Assembly (NCBI GenBank): GCA_018819225.1
Contig: JAHJQN010000005.1
Location: 1-64,000 of the forward strand
Length of the DNA: 64,000 nt
From: Candidatus Micrarchaeota archaeon
Lineage (GTDB): Archaea; Micrarchaeota; Micrarchaeia; Norongarragalinales; SBBD01
Direction of reading: 5' to 3'
Below, in pieces: positions 27,852 to 38,219 of this stretch. A program made the translations under genes and the position numbers. How positions within the stretch are numbered: the stretch's first letter is position 1; the number at the start of each line of letters is the position of its first letter. Under the pieces are notes generated by a model that saw only the letters and a list, made by a program, of their open reading frames with translations, searched no databases and was not told where the DNA came from.

Positions 27852-28865
27852 ATGGAAAAAACGCCGCTGTTTACGGATGCGGAAATCGAGGAAGAAACCA
27901 ATCGCTTGCAGCGACAGCTCGCCCGTTTGAATTGGAGCCCGGAAGCCTGCCGTATTTACGCGCCCATGACCCTGGAAATCCATCAGCTCAAAAAGAAAAA
28001 GAATGCCGTGATTCTCGCGCACTCCTATCAAACCCCGGACATCATTTACGGGGTCGCGGATTTCGTCGGGGACTCGTACGGGCTCAGCGTGCAAGCCTCA
28101 AAAACCTCTGCGGACACCATCGTTTTCTGCGGAGTGCGCTTCATGGCGGAAACCGCTAAAATTCTGAGCCCGCAAAAAACGGTTATTCTTCCCGCTCCCG
28201 ATGCCGGATGCTCGCTCGCGGAATCCATAACGGGCGCGGACGTTCGAAAACTGAAACAAGAGCATCCGAATGCGGGCGTGGTATGCTACGTCAATACGAA
28301 CGCGGACGTGAAAGCCGAGTGCGACGTGATTTGTACGTCCGCCAATGCGCTCAAAATCGTGGAAGCCATGCCGCAGAACGAAATCCTGTTCCTTCCCGAT
28401 GAATACATGGCGAAAAACATCGCCCGGGAAACGGAAAAAAAGATTATTTCGTGGAAGGGAAGATGCATCGTTCACGAAGAATTTAATGAACGGAAAATCA
28501 AGGCCGTGAAAAAACAGTATCCCGGCGTCAAGATTCTCGTGCACACGGAATGCGCCCCATCCGTCATACGCGAAGCGGATCTGGCCGGAGGAACGAGTGA
28601 CATGGTGCGGTACGCGAAAACCTCGGACGCCCGCCAATTCATGCTCGTAACCGAGTGCGGGCTCTCGGATCGCATGCGCGTGGAAATGCCGGAAAAAGAA
28701 TTTGTGGGAACCTGTAATTTGTGCCCGTACATGAAACGGGTGTCGCTCTCGCGCATCCAACAGGCACTGGAAAACCCGCAACCCGACCAATTCGTTTACG
28801 TGAACGAACCGATTCGCGGACAGGCTTTTCGATCTCTGAAAAAAATGCTGGAAATCGGTTCGTAA
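27852..28865 (+). CDS. nadA: Quinolinate synthase
   Basis: ILAHSYQ, GDS, FCGVRFMAETAKIL, GCSLA, CIVH and CPYMK motifs. Confidence 0.97.
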   Translation: MEKTPLFTDAEIEEETNRLQRQLARLNWSPEACRIYAPMTLEIHQLKKKKNAVILAHSYQTPDIIYGVADFVGDSYGLSVQASKTSADTIVFCGVRFMAETAKILSPQKTVILPAPDAGCSLAESITGADVRKLKQEHPNAGVVCYVNTNADVKAECDVICTSANALKIVEAMPQNEILFLPDEYMAKNIARETEKKIISWKGRCIVHEEFNERKIKAVKKQYPGVKILVHTECAPSVIREADLAGGTSDMVRYAKTSDARQFMLVTECGLSDRMRVEMPEKEFVGTCNLCPYMKRVSLSRIQQALENPQPDQFVYVNEPIRGQAFRSLKKMLEIGS

Positions 28866-28921
28866 GCGCTTAAAAAAAACCGCGCCATTAAAATACGGGG
28901 AGATTGAGAAGGTTTAAGGCC

Positions 28922-30451
28922 ATGAACTATTCGTACGATTTTATTGTCATTGGATCCGGCATTTCCGGGCTTCGACTCGCATTGGAAGCCGCCAAAAGCG
29001 GGCGCGTCGTCGTGCTCACGAAACGGCGCATGTTTGACTCGAACACTGACTATGCGCAAGGCGGCGTCGCAGCCGTAACTCAGGCCAGTGATGATCAGGC
29101 GCTTCACGTGAAAGATACGCTGGATTCGGGCGCAGGATTATGCGATGTGAAAGCCGTTAACCTATTGGCGCAGCACGTGCTGACCCGCGTGAAAGAATTG
29201 CAAAAAATGGGCGTGAAATTCGAGAAAAAAGAAAACGGCCCCGTTTTGACGCGGGAAGGCGGGCATTCGCGCAATCGCATCTGGTTCTCCGGAGACATGA
29301 CCGGAAGAGAAATTGAAGGCGCGTTAGTCAAAGAAGTGCGTTCGCATCGGAATATTGAAGTGTATGAAAACAACGTGGCGTTCCGGTTGATTACGAAAGG
29401 GAATGCGGGGTATGGGGTTCAAGTCCTGAACTTGGGGCGCAACCGAGTCGACAATTATTTCGGGAAAGCCACGGTTCTCGCGACCGGCGGGCTGGGCGCG
29501 CTCTACTGGGAAACCACGAATCCGGAAGTGGCTACGGGAGACGGGTTTGCGCTCGCGTACGAAGCCGGAGCCGTGCTCCGCGATATGGAGTTCGTGCAGT
29601 TTCATCCAACGAAACTCGCCTTGCCCATGGAAGAACCGTTCCTGATCTCGGAAACGCTGCGAGGAGAAGGCGGCATTCTGCGAAACTGGATGGGTAAACC
29701 GTTCATGAAAAAGTACGACGCGCGAGCGGAAATGGCCACGAGAGATATTGTCGCGCGGGCCATCTTTCGAGAGCTTAGGAAAGGAAAAGTGTTCTTGGAC
29801 GTTACCGGACTCCGGAAAAACTACTTGAAAAAACGGTTTTACAACATTTATCGCACGTGCATGCGGGAAGGACTCGATATCGGCAACACGTGGATTCCCG
29901 TGACGCCTGCCGCCCATTACAGCTGCGGAGGAATTCTAACCGATCTTCAAGGGAAAACGCGCGTAAAAAACGTGTACGCGATCGGAGAGGTGTCGAGTAC
30001 GGGCGTGCACGGAGCCAATCGGCTCGCGAGCAATTCCATGGCGGAAGGACTCGTGTTTAGCATGGAGGCCGCACGATCCGCCCGATTCAAACAGGGAAAC
30101 GCGATGGAATTAAGCGTACATAATCCGCGCGTCGTATCATCGAAAGGCAAGGAGAAAGTGTTGCGTTCGCAACTTCAAGACATCATGTGGGAAAAAGTCG
30201 GTATCATTCGAAAAGAAAAGGAGCTCAAGAAAGCCCTCGCCGACCTCAAGAAAATTAAAAAGAAAGCGGAAATACTGTACTCAAAAGGTTTGAGTTACGA
30301 ATCCATTGAATTGCGGCACATGACGACGACGGCCATCCTGGTCACGCAATCCGCACTCCAACGAAAAGAAAGCCGGGGCGCCCACTACCTCGTTGACCAC
30401 CCTGAAACCGACGCAAAAGCGCGGCATACCCTGTTGATGCGTACGCGTTAG
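28922..30451 (+). CDS. nadB: L-aspartate oxidase
   Basis: GSGISG, YAQGGVA, REGGHSRNRI, EFVQFHPT and GVHGANRLASNS motifs; follows nadA. Confidence 0.95.
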   Translation: MNYSYDFIVIGSGISGLRLALEAAKSGRVVVLTKRRMFDSNTDYAQGGVAAVTQASDDQALHVKDTLDSGAGLCDVKAVNLLAQHVLTRVKELQKMGVKFEKKENGPVLTREGGHSRNRIWFSGDMTGREIEGALVKEVRSHRNIEVYENNVAFRLITKGNAGYGVQVLNLGRNRVDNYFGKATVLATGGLGALYWETTNPEVATGDGFALAYEAGAVLRDMEFVQFHPTKLALPMEEPFLISETLRGEGGILRNWMGKPFMKKYDARAEMATRDIVARAIFRELRKGKVFLDVTGLRKNYLKKRFYNIYRTCMREGLDIGNTWIPVTPAAHYSCGGILTDLQGKTRVKNVYAIGEVSSTGVHGANRLASNSMAEGLVFSMEAARSARFKQGNAMELSVHNPRVVSSKGKEKVLRSQLQDIMWEKVGIIRKEKELKKALADLKKIKKKAEILYSKGLSYESIELRHMTTTAILVTQSALQRKESRGAHYLVDHPETDAKARHTLLMRTR

Positions 30452-33400
30452 ATCCATCTCCGGTAACGCACCACTGCAACCCCTAACACAATGGATGAAA
30501 TCAATACCAGCGCCAGCAGCGCATGGTTATCGGGGATCGAAGGAACGGAAAGCAAACTATTCTGACTCGAGTCCCCCGTACCCGTGCGTCTGGCTGGAGC
30601 AAACAAATCGCTTCCAGGAACGCCGCGCGCCCCATCCTCCGAATTAAAGTAGCCCAAACCCTGATTCGCGAAATCCGGATTCCACGGAATGTCTTGTCCG
30701 TTAAACGCGTACCATAATCCCGTGCGCGGATCGAAAGCGAGAATGCCGTTGGGTCCTTGAGCCGCCAACAACGCGGCAATATCCCGGTATCCGTCCGGTC
30801 CCGTGGCTTGCACGAACGGCTGTCCGTCCTGCTGAGTCAACGCAATGCGGAACTCGCCTTGATCCGTGGGAAACACGATGTCCTCGCCGTCCCGGTACGG
30901 TTCGCCCGTAATCGCGTACTCCTTCACGTTCTCTCCGATCACGCGTTCGATCGTCGACGTCGTGCCATCGGGATTCGTGACGGTTTGCGACTCCTTGATT
31001 TTCTCGCGTACTTCCAGCGTCGGCTGACCCGTTGTCTCGTTATGCGACAAGATATAGCGCGCATTCTCCGTCTCAATGACTTGGAATCCGCCGGGTCCGC
31101 CCGTCGTGATATCTCGCTGGATTTCCCTCAACGCGTCATTGAATTCCTTGACTTCTTTCTCGGAACCGACGTTCGGAATCACGTTCTGGATATTGATCGC
31201 GGGAACCTCGTTCCCGTTCTCATCAACAAGGGTTCCCGGCGCAGGAGTAATATCCCGAACCGCTTCCTTGGCCGGAATCACGCTAATCGAGTATATCGTG
31301 GCGACTAACCTCCGTCCCACGGCATCGTACTCGATTTTGCCGTGTTCGGTGATAATGGTACGCAATTCCCCGAGCTCGCTGGTCTCGGTTTGCGAAGTAC
31401 TTGAACCCGTGTAACCATCCAACACCACTTTCCCGTTTCCAAGAATCGATAACTTGTTTCCGGGAAGCGGGGTTCCGCCTGCAGCCGCCAACGCATCCAA
31501 GCTCGGCGCCTGAATCTCGGTTCCCCGCAAGCTTTCTTCCGTGTCCCCTATGCCCAGGAAGCCTCCGGTCTGCTGGGTTCCGCTCGTGCGAGAGAAACGA
31601 ATCAAACCATCCTTAGCAGTCGCAATGCCTTCCGTCGTATACATGGCCGTGACCGCGCCGAAACCGGACTCCGTTAGATCCACGCTCGTTCCCCTTCCCG
31701 TAATGGCCGACAGTTGATTGAGCATGCAGTCCATGGCCCCGCACGAGGAATCCGTGACCGCCAGCTTTCCTCCCAAGCGATCCGGAATCACGCGCAACAC
31801 TTCCTTGTCTCCGCAATCCAGCGGCGTTTCAATCATCTTGTTGGGAACAATCGTCTTCGCGAGCTCCTGATTGGCTTGCACGAATAACGCTCGATCAACG
31901 TCATCGCTCAACACCGTCGTTTCGCCGGTTTCCTTACTGTGATGCAGCAATCCCCGCGAATCAGCGGTGACCGAGCTCTTTTCATCATCGTGCACGAGCT
32001 TGAAACAGCCTTGACCGTTCAACGTATCATAAACGCCCCACCATTGCTGGGCCGCTCCGTCCAAATGGAGGTAGAACAGGTCTTGAGGCGTCAACAGGCC
32101 TTGTTCCTCGTTGTGATAACCCCGCAAATTCAGGATTTCGTTGAGCTGCGCCACATCGGCTTTTTCCCCCAACCCGTACAACAAACTTGAGACGTTCAGG
32201 CTCTTGAAGTTCTTGAGCGGGTCCAACTTGTCCTTGATGCTTCCGGACACGAGTCCCGGTGAAATCTTCTGGTACGCCATGATCTTGTAAGACGTGTCCT
32301 TGCACGTGGTCGCGTACTCCATGGCTTGGCTTCCCACAACGGTCTTGCCCATTTGCACGGGATCGATGAGCAGCAATCCCTTATACACTCTCCCGAGCGC
32401 TTTCTCGAACATGCCATAGCCCGGTTGCGACGGATTGATGAGCTTTCCATATTCTGTACGCAAGTTTGTTTTTTCCTGGACTGCCTTCCCGACTCTTGCA
32501 ATGTCTATGTTTAATTTATCCAATTGCGAGAAAGAGCCGGTCAGTGAAGGATGAAGTGTAGCATCTCGAAGAATGTCGCTTTGACCGGGAGCGATTCGAT
32601 TCGCATCGGCATAGGATTGAATCTGGTGGGAAATATCGAGTTGTTCACGACGTACGGTACCGGCCTGTTGCATCAATTTCGGAATCTCTTCATCCAAATC
32701 GGCATGGCGTTGCGAGGCATACACTTGTGACTGGATTTTTTCCCACGATTTCAGACCGGATATAGGCGTGCCACCGGCTTCGGCGGCTTTAATGGCAGGA
32801 GGCAAGCTTTTCTCCATACTTTTTGCGAGTAACAACTTGGCTTTACTCCCCAAAAAGGGAAGCAAATTACTGCTGGGATTCATGGTCAGGAAAACGGATT
32901 GACCAATGGATAGCCCAGTCCAAAACTTGTACCAGTTCAAGAAATCGTCCATATCCTCATCGTTGCACAGTTCATCTTGAGAAAACTGCGTGGGGTCCAC
33001 GAATCCGGTAATCACAAGATCAGCAATACCCAAACGACCGAGGGTCGCGACGGAGACCGGAAGATATTCAGCGGAAGCCCGGAAAATCGCCATATTCAAG
33101 AATGCGGCAGCAATCGTGAGAGCGCGATAGTATTTCGCCATGTCCTCGCGGTTCTTCAACGTGGTTCCTAGAGCTAAGTTGTTGCTGTAAAGCGCGAGAC
33201 TCGTATAATCCCGTTGCGCGCGAATGTCTTCGAACACCGTATTTTCCGAGCGGCCAGTCCACGCGACGCGAATATTCCAACCCTCATCCCCGCGACTGAA
33301 ACTCGTCACGCTTCCTGAGCTCAATTGCTCAGGAGTCACGTCGCGGTTGATGAAGAACATTTTGCCGGCACGAAATGCCTTCCGGGGAGCGCCCCCTTCG

Positions 33401-34746
33401 ATGAAATCGGAAATAAAGTCGGTTGCTAGACCGGTCCCGAATACGTCGGTTCGCGTGCGGAATTCCTCCGCGAATTGATCATTGTTAACGTATAATTGCA
33501 AGTAATTGTCATTCCATTTAGGATCGGATGATATCGATGACAGAATGATTTGGTTGCTGGCAGATAACCCGAAGCGCGCAGGTCCGAGCCAACCAACACC
33601 GTACAAGAAGATGAAAATAGGTCGGTTGAAGTTCACGGCAGAAGCGAAATTGATTTTTCGGAGGTCACGCTCCATGCGTAATATTTCCGCATCGTAGTCC
33701 AGTTCTCTTAATCGAATCGCTTCAGTACTGGGACCTTGCCCGAAGCTTCCTGATGATTTCGCGAGACGTTCGTGCGATTCCTTCAATTCCTTGATCTCTT
33801 GCTTGAGACCAGTGGGACTGGTTTTGGCGAGCGCAATGCTGGCTGCACCTAAAATGGAGGCCCACATTTCGTACGAGTTCCATTGTCCAATCGTATTTAC
33901 CGCTTTTTCGTAGTTGCGCGGCAGAATCATGGTTCCGGCATAATTGTTTAGAGCAACCGTTGTGGATTGGGAAGTCAAGTGCTGATTGCTTTTCATGGCC
34001 GTAGGCGATTGATCGAATCCGACGAACAAGTCTTTGTCCAGCAAGGCCATGAACGTGGTTTTTCCTTGAATGTGCGTTCGATCCAACAAACAATTGTTGT
34101 CCTTGTTTTGCGGAACCAGGTTCATGATCTCAAAAAGCGGAACTTCTTCTCCGGAAGGAAGCAAGACCTTGAATTGCTCGTAAGGCTGGGAATCCACCTT
34201 GGGTTTTCCGGAAATGCCGGATACTCCGGATAGAATTTGGCCGATGGTATCCGCGCGAGCCGGGTCTTGCGAGGCAATCGCCCTCATCTGTTCGAAGGTG
34301 AGAACGCCGTATTCTGGGTCTACATTGAACTCTTTTGCAAGCTTTTCACGGTCTTCATCCGAATATCCGAGAGCGTCCGTAATGGTTTTTATCGGGTAAA
34401 TGGCTTGCTGGGCGACGTTGACGTTGATGTTCAGGACTTGATCGGTCTGCGTCTTGTTCGCGGGATTGTATTCACGCAGTTTTTCTTCGGGAACCGACGA
34501 GATTTCCTGGGTCTGAAAGTCCTTGAGCAAGTCCAGGAAACGATTGTATTCGTTCACGTCCATTTGCTTGAGGTTGCAAGAGTACGAACGGGGAATCGTC
34601 GTGACGATGGGCGCGGTGGTCGGAGGAGTCGTGGGAGTAGGAGAAGCGAACGACAGCGACTCCGCGTACACGAATGGGGCGTTCATCTGGAGGACGAGAA
34701 ACAAGGAAATGACGAAGGTGAATACCTTGCTGACTGCGGGCCGCAT
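30448..34746 (-). CDS. Large (about 1430 aa) secreted/membrane protein with C-terminal TM anchor
   Basis: Signal peptide, internal hydrophobic helices, C-terminal TM followed by RYRRW. Confidence 0.85.
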   Translation of the reverse strand: MRPAVSKVFTFVISLFLVLQMNAPFVYAESLSFASPTPTTPPTTAPIVTTIPRSYSCNLKQMDVNEYNRFLDLLKDFQTQEISSVPEEKLREYNPANKTQTDQVLNINVNVAQQAIYPIKTITDALGYSDEDREKLAKEFNVDPEYGVLTFEQMRAIASQDPARADTIGQILSGVSGISGKPKVDSQPYEQFKVLLPSGEEVPLFEIMNLVPQNKDNNCLLDRTHIQGKTTFMALLDKDLFVGFDQSPTAMKSNQHLTSQSTTVALNNYAGTMILPRNYEKAVNTIGQWNSYEMWASILGAASIALAKTSPTGLKQEIKELKESHERLAKSSGSFGQGPSTEAIRLRELDYDAEILRMERDLRKINFASAVNFNRPIFIFLYGVGWLGPARFGLSASNQIILSSISSDPKWNDNYLQLYVNNDQFAEEFRTRTDVFGTGLATDFISDFIEGGAPRKAFRAGKMFFINRDVTPEQLSSGSVTSFSRGDEGWNIRVAWTGRSENTVFEDIRAQRDYTSLALYSNNLALGTTLKNREDMAKYYRALTIAAAFLNMAIFRASAEYLPVSVATLGRLGIADLVITGFVDPTQFSQDELCNDEDMDDFLNWYKFWTGLSIGQSVFLTMNPSSNLLPFLGSKAKLLLAKSMEKSLPPAIKAAEAGGTPISGLKSWEKIQSQVYASQRHADLDEEIPKLMQQAGTVRREQLDISHQIQSYADANRIAPGQSDILRDATLHPSLTGSFSQLDKLNIDIARVGKAVQEKTNLRTEYGKLINPSQPGYGMFEKALGRVYKGLLLIDPVQMGKTVVGSQAMEYATTCKDTSYKIMAYQKISPGLVSGSIKDKLDPLKNFKSLNVSSLLYGLGEKADVAQLNEILNLRGYHNEEQGLLTPQDLFYLHLDGAAQQWWGVYDTLNGQGCFKLVHDDEKSSVTADSRGLLHHSKETGETTVLSDDVDRALFVQANQELAKTIVPNKMIETPLDCGDKEVLRVIPDRLGGKLAVTDSSCGAMDCMLNQLSAITGRGTSVDLTESGFGAVTAMYTTEGIATAKDGLIRFSRTSGTQQTGGFLGIGDTEESLRGTEIQAPSLDALAAAGGTPLPGNKLSILGNGKVVLDGYTGSSTSQTETSELGELRTIITEHGKIEYDAVGRRLVATIYSISVIPAKEAVRDITPAPGTLVDENGNEVPAINIQNVIPNVGSEKEVKEFNDALREIQRDITTGGPGGFQVIETENARYILSHNETTGQPTLEVREKIKESQTVTNPDGTTSTIERVIGENVKEYAITGEPYRDGEDIVFPTDQGEFRIALTQQDGQPFVQATGPDGYRDIAALLAAQGPNGILAFDPRTGLWYAFNGQDIPWNPDFANQGLGYFNSEDGARGVPGSDLFAPARRTGTGDSSQNSLLSVPSIPDNHALLALVLISSIVLGVAVVRYRRWI

Positions 34747-34937
34747 AAACCAACCAACGATTTGAAGCAAGGGTTAATATAAAATGGTTACTGCCTTTGA
34801 AGCGGAAAAACGGCTGAAATAGCGGAAAATAGGGGGGTCGAAGTGGCAATATTTAAAAATTCACTGTTCCTGTAACTAATTCGCTCTGTAAAACAGCGAA
34901 TGAAGAAAGGGTTGAAACTTATTCTTGGGTGAGTAGA

Positions 34938-36029
34938 ATGGAGGGAATCGTATCAGATGCTTTGAAGCACGCGCAAACGGGTAAAATCGAAAACGAAGAG
35001 TACTTCGAAACCCCGCGCATTATGGTGATTGGTAGCGGGGGCGCCGGATGCAATTCGGTTAACCGGTTGGCTAAAGCCGGTATTAAGGGCGCGGAACTCG
35101 TGTCCATTAACACGGACCGCATGCATTTGACCATGATCTCGGAATCCGTCAAGAAAATTCTTATTGGCGCGAGCATCACCCGAGGACTCGGAGCAGGCGG
35201 TTACCCGGAAGTGGGAGCCAAATGCGCGGACGTCAGCCGCGATGCGCTTGAAAAACTCTTGAATGGTGCGGACCTCGTCTTCCTCACGTGCGGAATGGGC
35301 GGAGGAACCGGAACGGGAAGCGCGCCCATCATCGCGGAAATCGCTAAAAATCAAGGCGCGATCGTCATAGCCATTGTGACGTATCCGTTCGCGTTGGAAC
35401 GCGCGCGATTAGAGAAAGCGGATGCGGGTATTGAAGCATTGAAGGCGCAAGCCGATACCATTATCGTGATTGATAACAACCGGCTCGTGCAAATTGTTCC
35501 GAACCTGCCGATCGACCAGGCGTTCAACGTGGCGGACGAGATCATCGCCCGCGCCGTACGCGGCATCACGGAAACCATCACCACGCCGTCACTCATCAAC
35601 CTCGACTTCGCGGACGTGCGCGCCATCATGAGCAACGGAGGCGTCAGCATGATCGCCGTCGGCGAATCCAAGGGAACCGGGCGCGCGGAAGAAGTCGTCA
35701 GCAACACCCTCAACCACTCGCTATTGGACGTGGACTACTCGGGGGCGACGGGCGTGCTCTTGCACATTACGGGAGGCCCGGACATGACGCTCGGAGAATG
35801 CAATCAAATCGGGGAATCGTTAACGGAGCGAGTGGATCCGAACGCGACCGTCATCTGGGGTTCGCGGTTGGACCCGAACTTTGAAGGAAAAATTGAAGCG
35901 ATTGCCATCTTTACGGGCATTCAGAGCCCGTACGTGCTCGGAAAAGCGGGCAAGCCCGCATCGTTTTCTGCCACGGCTTCCAGAGGAAAATCGGGAAGCA
36001 TGGGCATGGACGACGTCGAATTCATCTAG
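34938..36029 (+). CDS. ftsZ: Cell division protein FtsZ
   Basis: [15 protein letters not shown] and NLDFAD motifs. Confidence 0.98.
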   Translation: MEGIVSDALKHAQTGKIENEEYFETPRIMVIGSGGAGCNSVNRLAKAGIKGAELVSINTDRMHLTMISESVKKILIGASITRGLGAGGYPEVGAKCADVSRDALEKLLNGADLVFLTCGMGGGTGTGSAPIIAEIAKNQGAIVIAIVTYPFALERARLEKADAGIEALKAQADTIIVIDNNRLVQIVPNLPIDQAFNVADEIIARAVRGITETITTPSLINLDFADVRAIMSNGGVSMIAVGESKGTGRAEEVVSNTLNHSLLDVDYSGATGVLLHITGGPDMTLGECNQIGESLTERVDPNATVIWGSRLDPNFEGKIEAIAIFTGIQSPYVLGKAGKPASFSATASRGKSGSMGMDDVEFI

Positions 36030-36066
36030 AATCCGGCGCCTTTGTTTTTAGAACGAGTAGCGCGAG

Positions 36067-36708
36067 CTATTTCGATGCGGAAAGAACGCGAGACGCGAAT
36101 TCCTCGAGAGTAAAGAGCACGTGCTCTCCTTTTTTTTCCTTCTTTCGGTCCAGATAAAACGCATGCACGCCCACTTTCCTCGGAATTTGATAATCAAATT
36201 CCCAGTGATCCCCGACGTGAACGAGTTCGTGAGGTTGAATGTTAAGTTGATCCAACACGCACTGAAATCCCTGATGCTTCAATGCCTTGAAATCCGTTGG
36301 AAGCGAGTACACGTGCTGGAAATGCGCCTGCAGACCATCCACGCGAATCTTGAATTGAATGAAATCGCGCGTCGCATTCGAGATCACGATCAACGGAAAT
36401 TGTTTTCCGAGCTTTTCGAGAGCCGGAAGCGTGTCCGGATACAGGCGAATCACGTGGCTCACGTCCCGAAGGGCCTCTAAAGGATCGGCTTTAAGTTTAA
36501 AACGTCGGAACCAGTGCCGAATGTCGTACCATTCCACGCGCTCATCTCCAACCGCCGCGAATTCCCGGTTCACGAATTGCAACGCCTCATTGAATGACAA
36601 ACCGTATTGCTCGGCATACAAACGCGGGATCTCTTTCCGCCAGACCAGCGTTTCGAAATTGAGGTCTGCGAGCGTACCGTCTAAATCAAACGAAACGTAT
36701 CGGATCAT
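36067..36708 (-). CDS. HAD-superfamily hydrolase
   Basis: FDLDGTL, ISN and HVGDHWEFD motifs. Confidence 0.9.
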   Translation of the reverse strand: MIRYVSFDLDGTLADLNFETLVWRKEIPRLYAEQYGLSFNEALQFVNREFAAVGDERVEWYDIRHWFRRFKLKADPLEALRDVSHVIRLYPDTLPALEKLGKQFPLIVISNATRDFIQFKIRVDGLQAHFQHVYSLPTDFKALKHQGFQCVLDQLNIQPHELVHVGDHWEFDYQIPRKVGVHAFYLDRKKEKKGEHVLFTLEEFASRVLSASK

Positions 36709-36754
36709 AAATTCTTCCTCAATTCTCGTCAATCATTCATTTCCAGTTCAAGTC

Positions 36755-37222
36755 CTAGAACGAGAACTCGTCTTCGGAATAGACTTTCTCACAGTAATCG
36801 CATTGAAGCTTCAACGGCGAGTGCTCCCGTATGTGCAGGCGCGGCCGGCCTTCCTTGTTCGAGATACACGTCGGATTCGGGCACGGCACCACGTCCTCCA
36901 CCACCTCCGGTAATTTCGCCTTGAATTTCTGAGCCACCACGTACCCCCGGATCACGTTCAACGTGGCACTGGGGGCCACTAAGGCAATGCGCTCTAATTC
37001 GCGTTCGGATAGCTCGCGGCCTTCGATCTTGATGATGTCCTTCAAACCCGTGCTGGAGCTGGGCACGTTCATCAGCAAACTGACCGTGGCTTGATTCGAT
37101 TCATCCAACCCGAGAATGCGGGCAACGCGCAAGCTGTTTCCTTGCGGAATATGATCGATAACGATGCCGCTCTCGATTTTTCGGACGCGCAAGAATTCGT
37201 CTTTTTGAGTATCAGGGGTCAT
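36755..37222 (-). CDS. pyrI: Aspartate carbamoyltransferase regulatory subunit
   Basis: GIVIDHI, KDIIKIE and CPNPTCI...CDYCE motifs. Confidence 0.97.
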   Translation of the reverse strand: MTPDTQKDEFLRVRKIESGIVIDHIPQGNSLRVARILGLDESNQATVSLLMNVPSSSTGLKDIIKIEGRELSERELERIALVAPSATLNVIRGYVVAQKFKAKLPEVVEDVVPCPNPTCISNKEGRPRLHIREHSPLKLQCDYCEKVYSEDEFSF

Positions 37223-38139
37223 GAACGATCGCCTAGAATCATGGATAAAACAGCCATGCGCACCGGAACCCCGTTCGATTCCTGCTCCAAGTATTTCGCT
37301 CGGGGATCGCGATCCACTTCAACGGCAATTTCGTCGACGCGAGGCAGGGGATGCATGAGAATCGCATCCTCTTTAGCGTGCTTCATGACCTCCAAATCGA
37401 TGCGGTAAGAGGCTTTACGGTATTCTTCGGGATCCGAAATGCGCTCTTTCTGTATGCGGGTCGCATAGATGACGTCCGCGTCCGCTAAGTTCATGGAATC
37501 CAGCTCTTGCACCTTCACGAACTCCCGCAAGTCTTTCAACATGAATGAGGGCATGCGGAGCGTGGACGGCGAGTAAAACTGGAGCGTGATGCCGTCGAAT
37601 TTGGATAAGGCATAGGCAAGGGAGTGAACGGTTCGTCCGTATTTCAAATCACCGGCCAGCAATACGGTGAGGCCATCCAGTTTTTTCTTGTTTTGTTGAA
37701 TCGTGAATAAATCGAGCAGAGCCTGCGTAGGATGCTGATTGTTGCCATCGCCCGCGTTGATGACCGGCACGTCCGTGTTGGCAGCCGCCCATGCGGCAGC
37801 CCCTTCGTTCGGGTGCCGTATAACAAATACATCGACTTGCGTTTCAAGCGCCTTGACGGTGTCGTACAGGCTTTCCCCTTTCGCGGATGAAGAGGTTTTG
37901 GGATCGCCGAACGCCGTTTCTTCCCCGCCTAATAATCGCATCGCGGACTTGAAAGAGACGCGCGTGCGCGTCGAAGGCTCGAAAAACAAAGAGGCCATGA
38001 CCGTGCCATTTAACGTCGTCGAGCGTTGTTTCTTGCGGAACGCCACATTCATTTTTTCTGCCGTGGCGAGAACGGATTCCATGGCTTCGCGCTCCCAGTT
38101 CATCGTCGAAATGACGTCCTGACCTTTCCACGCATTCAT
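37219..38139 (-). CDS. pyrB: Aspartate carbamoyltransferase catalytic subunit
   Basis: FFEPSTRTR, HPTQ, TRIQKER and HPLPR motifs. Confidence 0.98.
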   Translation of the reverse strand: MNAWKGQDVISTMNWEREAMESVLATAEKMNVAFRKKQRSTTLNGTVMASLFFEPSTRTRVSFKSAMRLLGGEETAFGDPKTSSSAKGESLYDTVKALETQVDVFVIRHPNEGAAAWAAANTDVPVINAGDGNNQHPTQALLDLFTIQQNKKKLDGLTVLLAGDLKYGRTVHSLAYALSKFDGITLQFYSPSTLRMPSFMLKDLREFVKVQELDSMNLADADVIYATRIQKERISDPEEYRKASYRIDLEVMKHAKEDAILMHPLPRVDEIAVEVDRDPRAKYLEQESNGVPVRMAVLSMILGDRS

Positions 38140-38219
38140 GAATAGCCCCCTCAAGATTCGTTCAAGAGCACTAGAACATAACAAGGCAAGACAATGCTTT
38201 TAATCCTTCGGTGGACCCG

